From positions 169,880,001 through 169,944,000 of the forward strand of contig OZ024742.1 of NCBI GenBank assembly GCA_964016885.1: a stretch of DNA of 64,000 nucleotides, given 5' to 3'. Source of the stretch: Eledone cirrhosa (lineage: Eukaryota). The notes below the pieces were generated by a model. The model saw only the letters and a list, made by a program, of their open reading frames with translations. It was not told the DNA's origin and searched no databases. Position 1 is the first letter of the stretch, and each line of letters opens with the position of its first letter. Both the position numbers and the translations under genes were made by a program. Below are positions 25,586-38,914 of the stretch, piece by piece.

Positions 25586-26059
25586 TTACAGAAAATCGGG
25601 AACCCCACAAATATTTTATTTTCACCATGTATATATTTTATTTATACGGTAAACACCACATACAATCACAATTTATGCAGTAGTATATAAACAGAACTTA
25701 TTATATTAAAAAAAAGGGGGAAATAATGACACTCCATAACAAAGGGCGCAGGAATTTCCCTCTAATAATTTTTTAGGCACGTCAATACATTCACAGCATT
25801 ACCGCAAATGATAGCGAAGCTAAGCCAGTGGAATAGCCAAGCACCCTCACCATGAGCACTACTCGATACATCAGTAACACAAGCCGCCAACAATGGCAAG
25901 AATCTCGTTGTCATAGGCACAGCTCCCTCAAAATGTTTCGAACGTTACAAAGTGAAATATATAGTTTGCCAATAATTCCTGCTCAAACTCCATAGTTTCC
26001 TTCCTAAGTAAACAAAACAAAAGCAAATATGGTTTGTTTGTTTGTACATTCGACAGACA

Positions 26060-26300
26060 GACAGGTATGTAGGTAGATAGATAGATATGCAGATACACAA
26101 TTAGTGACAGGCAGGTAGATAGATAGATATGAAGATACACAATTAGTGACAGGCAGGTAGATAGATAGATATGCAGATACACAATTAGAGACAGGCAGGT
26201 AGATAGATATATGTAGATACACAATTAGAGACAGACAGGCAGGTAGATAGATATATGTAGATACACAATTAGAGACAGACAGGTAGATAGATATATCTTT
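26060..26300. repeat. ~42-bp minisatellite (acaattagtgacaggcaggtagatagatagatatgcagatac)
   Basis: 14-aa periodic ORF on minus strand. Confidence 0.9.
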
Positions 26301-26679
26301 TAGACAGACAGACAGTTAGGTAGGTTGTCTAGGTTGCTAATTGTCATAATAATAGGTTTGATTTAGACATATCTTGTTTACGATATCCCTCTTGTTACGA
26401 GCTTCATAACATTATTTATTTAAACCCCCCAACCATTTGACGAAAAGCTGTTTGTTGTTGGTGAAGTGTCTGTTGCTATAGAAAACACTCACACATAGTG
26501 TCGTATTTATTGGTACAAGTCTTCGAATTAAGAGGATAGGGAAAAATAAGATGTTAATTTAATGCCGTTCTCGGGAGTATTACCAATGTGAGTGTAATGG
26601 AATAGTTACAGCCGTGGACCGAAAACTGGATGTAGACTCGGCTCTCTAAAGAGATGACCATTGTGCGTGTGCACATATG

Positions 26680-26985
26680 CAGGGCTGGATTTAATGGGGA
26701 GCAAAGGGGGAAATTGCACGAGCCTCTTGCAGTGTGGGGGGAGGGGAAACCAGCGGCGGCCGTAGCAATTTATTTGTGCCCTCAGCTGGGTTTTTTAGTT
26801 TTAGGATGGTTAGAATTTTTGAATTTAATACCTGTTTGTATAACTTCAATTCCAATTACTTGCGCCAAGCTAACTGTGATATGTAAAATTGAGAGGTTTG
26901 CTGTGTATTCTGATATTTTGTGTTTGAGGGGCCTCCAAAACCTGAAGTGATTACCCCCTCCCCATCCGGTCTAAATCCAACCCTG
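26680..26985. mobile_element. hAT-like MITE
   Basis: TIR CAGGGCTGGATTTA / TAAATCCAACCCTG; 8-bp TSD cacatatg/tacatatg; partial second copy 49545-49797. Confidence 0.85.
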
Positions 26986-28026
26986 TACATATGCATATAT
27001 GAACCCATAACTCCTGGCGGAGTCGTAGGGGCGCCGTAGTGACATTGGGCATTTTAAAAACATAGTGGAGCCAATTCCCCTCTCCAGATCTGAATCCAAG
27101 CGATTTTTTCCAGAGGGAAGAAGTGAGAAAGAGATATAGAGGAAGAATCGACCCCCCAATACTGGACTAGTATTTTTTTTTATCGGCCTCGAAAGGATGA
27201 AAGACAAAATTGATTGCAGCAGGATTTGAATTCAGACTGCAGAGCCAGAACAAATTCTACAAAGCATTCTATCCGACGTTTTATCGACTCAGCCAATTTG
27301 CCGTATTGTGTGTATACATACATACACACATAATGACCCGAATTTTACTGTATCTGACTTTAAAATGTCATGGTTCATTTAATTAGCTCCGTGATCTTTG
27401 CTATTATTTTATTTTATTTCAAGCAATGTTGTGGTGGCACGAAGTCGACTCTTCATTTCCGACTAACTCATATATTTTCATATTTTTCTGTTTCTTAACA
27501 CATGACTTAATATCACTTTATTCAAGCGAACTCTATTTCTCACGCTCAAAGCAACAATGATTATTGTACTGTTTATTCTGATATATTTATTCATACTCCG
27601 TCTTAGTCAGAACTATTTGAAGCTTCTATAATAAATGATTACCTTTCTATTGATCTCTGTTTATAGTCTCTCTCTTGACCTTTGTTAAAGGTATTTCGTG
27701 TTTTCGGGCATTGGACTTAATTAAACCCTGAAACCATTCCGCTAACTATTTACACGTCTTTGATGTGAAATTCCCTTTTGAGGCACTACCCTGGACAGTG
27801 TTTTTGTGGAAGACCAGTAGCCACCCATGCAACACCAATGATGTCCAAGGGAAAAGTAAAGGCCGATACAACTCAGCTGTAGAAATGAGTTACGTCGCAT
27901 CTCATTTCTACAGCTGAGTGTGAACTGGAGCAACATGAAATAAAGTGTCTTGCTCAAGAAAACATCCCTTCGCCCAATCCGGTTATCGAACTCACAACCT
28001 TATGATTGTGTATCCAACTCTCTAAC

Positions 28027-28632
28027 CAGCGTTTCTCAACCTTTTTACCCTTGTGAAACCCTTGAAATGGTTTTCATGTCTCAGGGAATCCCTGCATAAA
28101 AAGTATTATATACCATTATCGAAGCTAATGAGGTCGTGCCACGCTGTAATGTGGTCGTGTAGGCAACACGGTAAAAAGCTCCCAGTCCACACTGTAAATG
28201 TGGTTGGTGTTAGGAAGGGCATCCAGCCGTTGAAAACCTGCCAGATAGTCCTATACGAGCGAGACACGGTCACCCGACCAATCTTGCCTCAAATGGGACA
28301 ATTCCCGTCTAATCCATGCGAGCGTGGAAGGTAGACGTTAAACGATGATGATGATGACTCAAAAGAGGGCGGAGGATTGGCAGTATCGGTAGAGGATCTG
28401 ACGCCATGCTTTGCAGCATAGTGTTACGTCCCTTTACGATCTGAGTTCAAATCCCGCCGAGGTTAACTTTGCCTTTCATCCTTACGGGGTCAGTCAAATG
28501 AAGCACCAGTAATGTGCTGGGCTTGTGCTAAAAGTAGAAACAATTATTACTCAAAAGTAAATTAGCTTATCACTGTTTCTCGCGGAACTCCTAGGGTTCG
28601 GGGGGGGGGGGGGGCACTGGTTGAGAACGCTG
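28027..28632. mobile_element. hAT (Charlie-like) MITE with nested RTE 3' UTR piece and SINE
   Basis: TIR cagcgtttctcaacc / ggttgagaacgctg; ctctaac duplicated on both sides. Confidence 0.75.
28365..28548 (+). mobile_element. Full-length family-1 SINE
   Basis: A/B boxes, core, tail; TSD actcaaaag. Confidence 0.9.
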
Positions 28633-29074
28633 CTCTAACCACTAACTCGTGTGGCTTTACAAGCATCAAGTAGACAAAAACCGTGATATGCTTATTACGA
28701 AACTCTACCTTAGAATAATTATTGCGAGTTAAAGTGGCTACCAAGAATGTTCTGAAGGTCACTTGAGTGAGCATATTGTCTGGCATCATACTTGCCCAGT
28801 CATATCTTGAGTGAGTACCACACCCTGATGCCATAATTGTCCAGTCATATCATGAGTGAGCACCATAGCATGGTGACGAACCTGGCATCATATAAACAAG
28901 GTACCGTTATGAAACATAATGTTACTATTTCGCTCCCATAACAATTTTGCTGAAATGAAAATATAACTCACTCTCTCTGTAATGATTTTTCAATGCTGTG
29001 CAAATGTAACGAATATCTTTTGGAGTTTGACTCTCGAATCTCTGTGATTTGACAAACACTTTCAAATTTAACGC

Positions 29075-29291
29075 TTAACCCTTTAATGTTCAAACCGACC
29101 AGAATTCTCTACCTCTTTCTGTTGAAACTGGCTGTAACTGGCCATTCAAACCGATGTTAAGGTATTGTTCTCAAAATAAGTACTTTCAAAATCTTATAGA
29201 TTCGATATTATGTGAGATAATTATGCGAGGTGTAGCCTTTACCATGAAAATATATAGTGTATATAGAGTAATGTAAATGCTAAAGGGTTAA
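29075..29291. mobile_element. piggyBac-like MITE
   Basis: ttaacccttt...aaagggttaa. Confidence 0.75.
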
Positions 29292-29608
29292 CGTCCTAAA
29301 CCGCATAAAACCACATCAGCAAAGCATTCTTGAAAAAGTAGAAAACAGCACTATGGCTGCATCACATGAAAAATTAAAGCCTTTGTCCCAATGCTGTGAA
29401 TTTTTTTTACAATGATCTGTTCACTAGTAAAGATACTATAAGCATTTGAACTAACAGTTTTGTTTTTAGCATTACATGATGTTAAGAGTTAATAAAATTC
29501 TCCCAAATCGAATAGTGGAGGCCAACCATAATTATTCCTTTAAAAGGTATATATATATATATAAGTTTAATAAGTAACGCAACTAGTTTGTACTCAAACA
29601 TACACTTA

Positions 29609-31532
29609 CTAGCTGACGCACCCGACTTCGCCCGGGTAAACATAAGAGAAGACGGGTAGAAGAGAAAACGACTGTATTGGATGCGTTGACTGATCTACAG
29701 TATGAGGCGAGACCGTGGGGTGTGGGTGTGATAAAATAAAACAGTAAAAAATCTTCCAGATACACCAGATTTTTCGTTTTACTGTTGGTGCATAGTATGA
29801 AGATTTCTAGATGTTCCCACTCGTGAACAACCTACATATAACTGTCCATCGGTAAAAAGCGATTATCTTGTATTTAATCCTACAACTTTGAAACTCTGAG
29901 CCTGAGCTTTATTCATGGTCATAGCAAAACTGGCTCTAACGGGGAATTTGAATGGCAGCTCGGTAGAGGAAGGGGTAAGAGGAATCTTGGGAATAAATGC
30001 ATTTTCTCATTGATGATTGTCTCCTCTAGGAGATGGTTTATCTTCCTCCTGACTGTAAATCGTGGCACGTGTCATTGCATAGAGTGGCTGGTCCAGGTTT
30101 CTCAAAAGGATGATGTGAGTTTCCATCTTGTATCTACTATATAAACTGGAAATGGTCGGACGTTGTATATGTAGGTGTAGTCGGATAAACGTCGAAACGG
30201 CTTGGTGGAATGCAGCGAAAATTTACACAGTTATGCAGAATGACCCGAGGAGGCGTTGGGTCGACTTTCAAGCTACAAGCTTCCATGGTTACGGAGAAAA
30301 TCAATGAAACAGGAATTTCCCATTCAAATTGAACTGAGAGTAATCTGTGAACGCAGAAGTAAATATTTCGAGAAACGTTGCAACCGAAGGAAAACAGGAA
30401 GACGATATTTTGGTTCGTGAAGACGTTCCCTGGCAATGAACGGAAAAAAGCGAGGATAATACGTTGTTACGTGGAGCGAGAAGAACAATTTCATGTAAAG
30501 ACAAGACCAAGTTTATGGTATAAATGGAGTCGTTAGACTAATCTTCTATTTAAAATAACAGAATGATTTCCAGCCCTGGAGTTTAAGAATGGTGTAAATA
30601 AAATTGAAAACGAAAATGACAGAGGTTATTAAAATAGTAAAAGTAAATAGTGAAGATTTAGGCCAGTACACACGTATGCCCCGACGGACATACACATACA
30701 TACGCACACACACCCACAAACACCCCCCCCCCCACACACACACACACGCACGCGTATATATAAACCTTATGCATTTCTACAGTATTTTCACCAAACTTAA
30801 GACATAGGTTACTTATGTACTCTGGATGGTCATGGGCACTTTCATTTTTCCAGATATTGATTATAGGGCCTCCCGGCAGATAACCCCCTTTAACCACTTC
30901 CTTGGAGTCGACTGAAGCACTGCAGTGCAATGCAACAAAACGTCATAACTTCTGGAGTTCGCAACCGATTTTCACAAAACTTGACACATGGGCTACGTTT
31001 GTCCTACAGATGAATGTGAACTCTCAGAATTGGCACATATTGAGTAGGGGACCCCTGGGGGCAGGAATCCCCTTTTGGAAAAAGCCGATGATTTTGTAAA
31101 AGTATAGTTTTCGAAGCAGCACTGAAGTATTAACATAAATGGTATACATAACTGCTATTTAATACCCGAGCAACGCCGGGTACCTCTGCTAGTATTATAT
31201 ATAGATAATTATATATATATATAATAGTGTGTGCGCGTGCGTGTATGTCAACCAGCGTTCGAATCAAAGACGCTGGCCGCGAAACACGAGCATCACTGAC
31301 AACGAACTCGCAGAGAGAATCCCTTATGGTTGATTCCCAACCTGCTAGAAATACTAGTCAGCTTGGTTAGCATACGCGGGATGTTGTTTTTCTTTGAATT
31401 TATAAAATTAAAATCAATAAACCTTCCTTTATTCCATTGCTGTACTTACTTTTCGATTGTCAGTTTTTGTTTTTGTGTGATGAGTGAAGGAACCAATCAA
31501 TCTACAAACATCTCTTTTATATTATGTATAGA
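29609..31532 (-). mobile_element. Internally deleted Helitron with Pif1 helicase C-terminal relic (29750-30130)
   Basis: 5' A|TCTATACATAAT at 31532; 3' hairpin cccgggcgaagtcggg then CTAG|T at 29609; [39 protein letters not shown]. Pairing of the two ends is inferred. Confidence 0.7.
30133..31192 (+). mobile_element. Non-autonomous Helitron nested in the minus-strand Helitron
   Basis: A|TCTACTATATAAA start; tacccgagcaacgccgggta hairpin then CTAG|T end; no TSD. Confidence 0.85.
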
Positions 31533-31534
31533 TA

Positions 31535-32084
31535 ACATGTATTGACAGAGGAGGGAGAAAGTAAGTTACATATATTGAGAGGAAAAGTGAGTAAGTTACA
31601 TGTAGTGAGAATAGGGGAAGAGAGTAAGTTGCTTATATTGAGAGAGAGGGAAAGAGTAAGTTAGATATATTGAGAAGGGGAAGATAGTAAGTTAGATATA
31701 TATAGAGAGAGGAGGGAGAGAATTAATGACATATTGAGAGAGGGGGAAGATACTAAGTTGTATATTGAGAGGAGAAGAGAAAGATACATATAGTGAGAGA
31801 GGGGGAGAGAATTAATTGCATATATTGAGAGAGGCAGAGAGTAAGTTAGAAATATTGAGAGAGGGGAAGAGAGTAAGCTATGTATATGGAGAGAGGGGGA
31901 AGAGAGGCAGTTGTGTATTCCCCCTCTCTCAATATACATAACTTGCTCTCTTCCCCCTCTCTCAATATACATAACTCTTTCTCTTCACCCTTTCTTCATA
32001 TATATAACTCTCTCTCTCTCAATATACATATCTTACTTTCTTCCTCCTCTCTCACTATGTGTGGTTCTCTTACCTCTCTTTCAA
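31535..32084. repeat. 33-bp satellite that switches orientation near 31910
   Basis: gagaggggaagagagtaagttacatatatt-type units, then ctcttccccctctctcaatatacataac units. Confidence 0.9.
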
Positions 32085-32400
32085 TCTAAACTTTAATAAA
32101 ACAAGAGCTGCGGGACCGCGTATGGTTTATTTCTTTTAATCCAGTTAGTAAAATAAGTTGGATTACTTTGAATAAATAATTGTTTCTACTATTGGCACAA
32201 GGCCAGCAATTACTCAGTACATTACTGGTACTTTATTTTATCGACCCGGTAAGGATGAAAGGCAAAGTTAACCTCGGCGGGATTGAATAAATAATGAATG
32301 AATAATTTATGTGCTAAATTTTGTAAACAAATAATTTCGTAAAAATAAATAATCTAAAATTGACTTCTTTTCAAAGTTGCACTTCCGGTATATCGTCGCC
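32085..32400 (+). mobile_element. Helitron 5' fragment interrupted by a truncated SINE (32181-32284)
   Basis: A|TCTAAACTTTAATAAA, similar to the reverse complement of 33620-33740; SINE TSD ttgaataaataat. Confidence 0.65.
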
Positions 32401-32637
32401 GCCACCACCACTTCAACTACCATATATATATATATATATATATATATAGGAAGAGAGTGTGTGATGAGATAGATAGAGAGATTATGATTTTCTACACACT
32501 GGGGCGTATGAGTGTGCACATACATACATCTATATGTATGAGTATATAACTATAATCGCGCAAACACAAACTTATAAAAATACACATTCACGGACATAAT
32601 TCACACAAATACACATACATTCACACAAACATACATA

Positions 32638-32960
32638 CATTCTTAGTCTTAAATTCTTTCGCGCCGTTCGGCGCATCGAGCAGTTGGTACTCGCCAACGG
32701 TCACGATCAGCAGTAACTTTTTCGAGACCGTGCCAGGTGATGTTGGCTGCCATCAGGTCCTTCCTGAACGTTCGTCGCCAGGTGATCCTTGAGCAACCCC
32801 GCCTCCGTTTACCGCTAGGCGGAGTTCACTTCATCGCTGTTTTCGAATGCCGTTCATTTGGCAGACGCAGAATATGGCCAGCCAGACGGCACCGACGCTC
32901 TGTGACCACTTTCTGTAGCGTCCACGACTCGGCTCTCCGCAGGATCTCCTCGTTTCGCAC
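32638..32960 (-). mobile_element. RTE-type LINE 3' end (third family)
   Basis: W.GHIL..., GKRRRG..R.TWRRT..KDL, ADRDRWR; short (TAAGAC)-like tail. Confidence 0.75.
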
Positions 32961-33091
32961 ATATACATTTATACAAACACACACATACAGTCGTGATAGC
33001 GTTCGATTTAATTGGAAATGGGTGGGTAAAACAAGTATAACGTTTTATTTATTTATTAACTCTTAAAAAAAAAAAAACTCATTTAATATAA

Positions 33092-33740
33092 CTAGCAGAA
33101 AAACCACCCTTCGGGTGGTTTTCTGCTAGCCTGTGTAGTGTGTATATTGATATTATACGCAAGTATATATGCATGTAGATATGATAAATCAAATAAAACC
33201 GTAATTGACAATATACACAGAAATTGAACGAAGACTGTGTTACACTGTTTTCTGTAATCAGTAACTTAATCCATGATACATTAAAAAAAGACGATATTAT
33301 ATATTTGCTAGCATGTGTAGTGTGTATATTGATATTATACGCAAGTATATATGATCAAATAAAACCGTAATTGACAATATACACAGAAATTGAACGAAGA
33401 CTGTGTTATACTGTCTTATGTAATCAGTAATGTAATCCATGATACATTAAAAAAAGACTATATTATATATAAACTGCATTAGAAGAAAATTAGTGACAGA
33501 AAAATATGAATATTTATTTAAATGATCGCTAACCGGAAGTGTTAACATTTGAACATTTTAAAGAAGTGAATCTTTAAATAAGTAATAAAATATATTGAAT
33601 GAACAGCCACGGCATTTAGTAGATAAATTATTTAATATTCATTCATTATTTATTCAAAATAATCCAACTTATTTTACTAATTGGATAACAAATTATAAAC
33701 CGTACGCAGTCCTGCACTTCTTACTTTATTATAGTTTAGA
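33092..33740 (-). mobile_element. Non-autonomous Helitron (family A) with internal tandem duplication
   Basis: 5' A|TC at 33740; 3' palindrome 33092-33129; 33124-33305 repeated at 33306-33470; 3' part matches 38740-38914. Confidence 0.8.
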
Positions 33741-33849
33741 TTAAGCACTGTTGTAGGCCCATTGATTAGCTATATATAAATGTAACAGACACACAAACAT
33801 ATATATATATATTTATATATATACACACACACACACATACCACACCACA

Positions 33850-33951
33850 CACAAATTGTCTTCCGAAGTTAGTGAAGCTATTATTAATCCTCCCCAAGTG
33901 AAGTAATTTGCAAATTCTTTGTAATTCATGAAATGCAATAATACGTCTAAT

Positions 33952-33993
<42 letters not shown>

Positions 33994-34696
33994 CTATCCA
34001 TACATAGACATATATATATAGGCGAAGTCTAATCCGAAGTGCGCATGTGCGAAGTCTGGTCCGAAGTGCGCATACACGAAGGCTGGTATGTACTGTACAT
34101 GCGCGAAGGCTGATCCGAAGTGCGCATGCGCGAAGCCTGGTCCATACTGCGCATGCGCGAAGGCTGGACCGAAGTGCGCATCCGCTAGGCTGGTCCGAAG
34201 TGCGCATGCACGAAGGCTGGTCCGTACTGCGCATGTGTGAAAGCTGGTCTGAAAACGCATGCGCGAAGGCTGGTCCGAAGAGCGCATGCGCGAAGTGTGG
34301 TTCGAAGTGCGCATGCGCGAAGGCTGGTCTGTACTGCGCATGCATGAAAGCTGGTCTGAAAGCGCATGCGCGAAGGCTGGTCCGAAGTGCGCATACACGA
34401 AGGCTGGTCCGAAGTGTGCATGCGCGAAGGCTGGTCCATACTGTGCATGAGCGAAGGCTGGTCCGTACTGCGCATAGGCGAAGGCTGGTCCATACTGCGC
34501 ATGCGCGAAGGCTGGTCCGTATTGCGTATGCGCAAATATATATATATATATAGAGACACACATACATACTGCACACAAATCGTCTTCCTAGGTTAATGAA
34601 GCTGTTATTAATCCTCCCCGGATGAAGTAACTTGCAAATTCTTTGTAATTCTTGAAATGCAATAATACATCTAACGGACACACTCTCTAGAATAGA
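33850..34696 (-). mobile_element. Probable Helitron 5' segment containing a 27-bp CpG-rich array flanked by ~105-bp direct repeats
   Basis: A|TCTATTCTAGAG on minus at 34696; 33850-33957 is similar to 34572-34682. Confidence 0.5.
34020..34535. repeat. 27-bp tandem array (gcgaaggctggtccgaagtgcgcatgc), about 19 copies
   Basis: 9-aa periodic ORFs (AHAHFGPAF). Confidence 0.95.
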
Positions 34697-35449
34697 TATA
34701 TTTGTGTGTGTGTGTGTGTGAGAGACAGAGAGAGATAGACAGGTAGGTTGGCAAGTAGATAGATAGGTTGATATATAGGTAGGTAGAGAGAAAGATAGAC
34801 GATAGTGTGGTTATCTGTATATATGGCTGTGTGTATTTATGTGAAGATGTGGAAATAAGGAAAGGATAATTTACTACAGTACCAATGATTCAATCCACAG
34901 GTGTATATTCTTTTTATCATTGCATAAGTACATAGACTCACTCACACACGTATATATATATGTATGTGTGGTGTGTTTGTGTGTTTATGTGTATCTGTTT
35001 GCTTATGTGTGTGTGTGCATATGTGTGTGCGTTTATGTCCCTGTGTGTGTCTCGTGATTGTAATGTTGTGAGTTCGAATCCCATCAGTGCGTTGTGTTCT
35101 TGAGCAAGACACTTTATTTCGCCTTTCTTCTCTCTACTGAAGTAAAAAAAAGTGTACTCTGTCATTTAGTTGAAGAACCAATGTAGTCCCACCCTGAAAC
35201 CCTCCGTTATACATGTCTATAGAATGCTCAGACACTCTCACCTTAATTTCAGGCAGTTCCATTTGAGAAACCTAGCTGGAAGAATCCTCGTCACAAGCGA
35301 TAGGGTACCATCATACATATGAACACATAGACACACACACATGTTTCAAAGAGAATAGAAGAGATCAATAAAATAAGTACTAGATTTTAAAATCCCCAGC
35401 ATGGGCACAGTCTAATGTCTGAAACAAGTGCAGGCCGGAGAATTGTTCT

Positions 35450-38400
35450 TCCTCCTTCAATCTAGGGTTCTCCTCGGTTCTAATTTGATGACTGTGGTTT
35501 GACACATGGGAAAGCCATCTTATTTCATCACGGTAACAACTAAGCCTAACTGGGATGAAATAAAAAAATAGTTTGCACCCTGATGAAGAACCTATATACC
35601 GTCCTGATATTTGTCAAGAGTCTTCAAGATCAAGTATGACAGCCTCATGGATGACATACTGAACAAAAATGTCCTAGGAAAAGTTGTGGCTCATTCTGCT
35701 ACAATAGAGTGGCAGAAAATGAGGTCTCACTCATGCACATATTCTGCTGATAATGGCTGAAGTTAGCAAGCCCAAAACTGCTGATGCCATTGATCAGGTA
35801 GTGTACTGTGAGATTTCTGATAGACCAATCCAATTCTGCATAAAATCATCACATCCTGCAACATTCATGGCCCATGTGGACAAGCTAATATGATGTGCTC
35901 ATGTATGGAGGGGCTAGGACAACAATGCCATTGCTCAAAAAGTTATATCAAGGCATTCAGACAAACCACATTTGTTGCCGAAAATTCCTTTCCGGAGTAT
36001 AGAAGAAGGGATGATAGACAACATGGTGGTCACACCCATACAATCCAACATAAAGGTTAAGAATTTACTATTGATAATCGTTGGATTGTTCCATACAACC
36101 CTTTCCTCTCATTGAGATATCAGTGCCACATCAATTGTGAGGTTGTCCATAGTATCAAGGCTGTTAAATACTTATATAAGTACATCACAAAAGGATCAGA
36201 CAAGATCGCTTTCACTATTAAGGATGATCAAGGAAATTGTATCCATGCCCAAAATGAGATTGAGACCTATATCAATGCACGGTACATCTCAGCCAGTGAA
36301 GCATTCTGGAGAATCTATAAATTTCCATTACATCATCGAAAACCGCAGTTGAAAGGTGGCCTTGCCATTTACCTGAGGAACAAATGGTCATGTATGAGCG
36401 AGAGCAGGAAGAAAGTATTGTTTCTAGGGGACAGCCGATGACTAAGTTGACGGAATATTTTCAACTGAATATTAGAAACCCACTGGCACAAAACATATTG
36501 TATATTGATATTCCTAAATATTTCACTTGGACAAACAAAAAGTGGCAAAGAAGAAAAAAGGGACATCTGGATGGTGATCAACAATTTATGATTGAATCTC
36601 TTGGACGCATTCCAACAGTATCTCTCAGTAGACATTAACTGAATTATATTACCTCAGGATGATCCTACATTACAAGGCTAGGTCAACTTCATACAAAGAT
36701 TTGAGGACAATTGAAGGAGTTGAATTTCCAACATTCCAAGAAGCATGCAGGAAACTTGGTCTGTTAGATGAAGATGGAGAAAAAGACAAAGGTATGGAAG
36801 AGGCCTCATCCATTACGCTTGGTCCTCAGCTGTGAGAGATCTTCTGCACCATTTTATTGTACAGCATGCCAAATGACCCTCTGCAGTTCTGGGAGAAATG
36901 GAACAATTGTCTTGCAGAGGATATCATGCATGAACGTCATGAGCAAGTCATGTCCATGCAAACCGTGCAGATTGTTCTACAGAAGATCCAACAAAGACTT
37001 CGACATGATGGCTTGGACATTCATGCCAACTATGGACTTACTCAGCCAGACCCAACTATTGTTGCCATACCAGATATCAACAGGGTTCTTATGGCAGAAA
37101 CTGATTTCAATACACTCCAACTGCAAGCAAATCTAAATGAACTTCTGCCAACATTGAATCCTGAGCAACTGGTTATTTTTCACAAAGTAATCACCTCTGT
37201 AAATGAAAATAAAGGCAGAATTTTCTGCTTGAATGGAATGCAATGCAAGTACAGGAATGAACTATGTTATAACATCCTATCGGATTACCTCTGATCTAAA
37301 AAAAAAAAATTGGACTTGCCACTGCCATATCTGGAATTTCATTCCAAGTGCAAGATTCCTCTCAATGTGACTGCTGAATCAACTTGCTTTTTCGCAAAGA
37401 GGGATGACACAGGGAAACTTATGCAGCAAGCTGACCTGCTAATCATTAATGAGATAGGTATGGGATAGAAGTATATCTTTGAATGCCTTGACAGGAGCTT
37501 CAAAGATGTTCGAGATTGCAAAAAGCAATGGTCTAACAGTATTACTATCTGGTGACTGGAAGTAAATTCTTCCAGTTGTACGTCATGGTGTTAGACCACA
37601 AATAGTTGAGGCAACCATCAAGAGATCCTATCTCTGGGACTATGTGGAAACCATGGAGATGACAACCAATCAACGGTTAATTATGCAGAGGATTCTGATG
37701 AAAGACAGTTTGCAAACTACCTTCTTGATGTGGAAAATGGTAACATTCCAACTGTTCCAACTGTAGGTACATTCACAATTCTTCTGCCAAATGAACTTTG
37801 TCTGGAATATGGTAATGTGTCTGGACTGTGTGATTTTGTGTATACAAATCTTCCAGGAAACTACACAAACCCACTATGGCTTGCAAATAGAGCCATTATC
37901 ACTCCAATAAATGATGCAGCAAGATTGGTGAATGAGTTCGTGGTCAACAAGTTCCCTGGTCATGAAATAATCTACAGAAGCTCTGATACAGTAGATAAGG
38001 AACTGCAATATCCAATTGAGTTCATCAACAAACTTACCCCATCAGGCTTCCCAACACACATACTTAAACTGAAGAAAGGTAGTTGCATCATGCTTCTGAG
38101 AAATCTGGATCCTCTAAACGGGCATTGCAATGGTACACGCTACATCATCATCAGTTTACATAATCATGTAATTGAAGCTGAAGTGGCATCAGGTCTCGAT
38201 GCTGGAACAAGGTTGCTAATCCCAAGGATACCACATGTATCTCAAGAGCTTGAGTTCCCTTTCACCTTTACTTGCAAGCAATTTCCTGTCAAACCAGCCT
38301 TTGCCCTTACATGCAACAAGGCACAAGGGCAGACATTTGAAAAGATAGGTGTATATCTACCAACACAATTCTTCTCACATGGTCAGATGTATGTTGCATT

Positions 38401-38914
38401 ATCACGAGTTACAAAAAAAAGAAAATATTAAATGAAAGGGGTCTGTTTGCTGACAACTGTGACTACAAAGAAATTCTACAGTGATGTGAAACAGCTATCA
38501 CTCTCTTTTAGTTGAAATGCATTTCAGTTACTTTTTAACTGGTAGAAAAAGGACACTACAAATACTTAAGAAGTGTATATGTGAATACAGTAAAACAACA
38601 ATATAGTGAAGGTCAACTCTTTATATTGGTAAATGTAATTCATTCATTCATACCAGCAGCATCTATTTTCAAATTCACTGCTTGAAGCTTCCCATCGACA
38701 TTCTCAAGTCAACAGTTTCACCGCTTTTTCATCTCCATTATCGCCTTTTTTAAAAATGTATCATGGATTACTTTACTGATTACAGAAGTAAGTGTAACAC
38801 AGTCTTTGTTCAGTTTATGTGCATATTGTCAATTTACGTATTATATCTATGTGCATATATTTTTGCGTATATCAATATACACACTATAAATGGTAGCAGA
38901 AAACCACCTGCTAG
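35450..38914 (+). mobile_element. Decayed autonomous-type Helitron (Rep-Hel), 5'-truncated
   Basis: Rep motifs FITVT.KP.W.EI, IEWQK..GL.HAHILL, KYLYKYITKG; Pif1 motifs IMLLRNLDP..G.CNGTR, FPV..AFA.T.NKAQGQT, FSHGQMYVALSRV; 3' CTAG|T at 38914. Confidence 0.93.
37730..38431 (+). pseudogene. Helitron Pif1-family helicase C-terminal segment (233-aa open stretch)
   Basis: SF1B helicase motifs; the upstream frame is broken by many stops and frameshifts. Confidence 0.9.

Noticed and set aside
33947-34681. 244-aa and 194-aa repetitive ORFs; CRISPR-like appearance
   Set aside because: Contiguous 27-bp tandem units with no unique spacers, eukaryotic context and no cas genes
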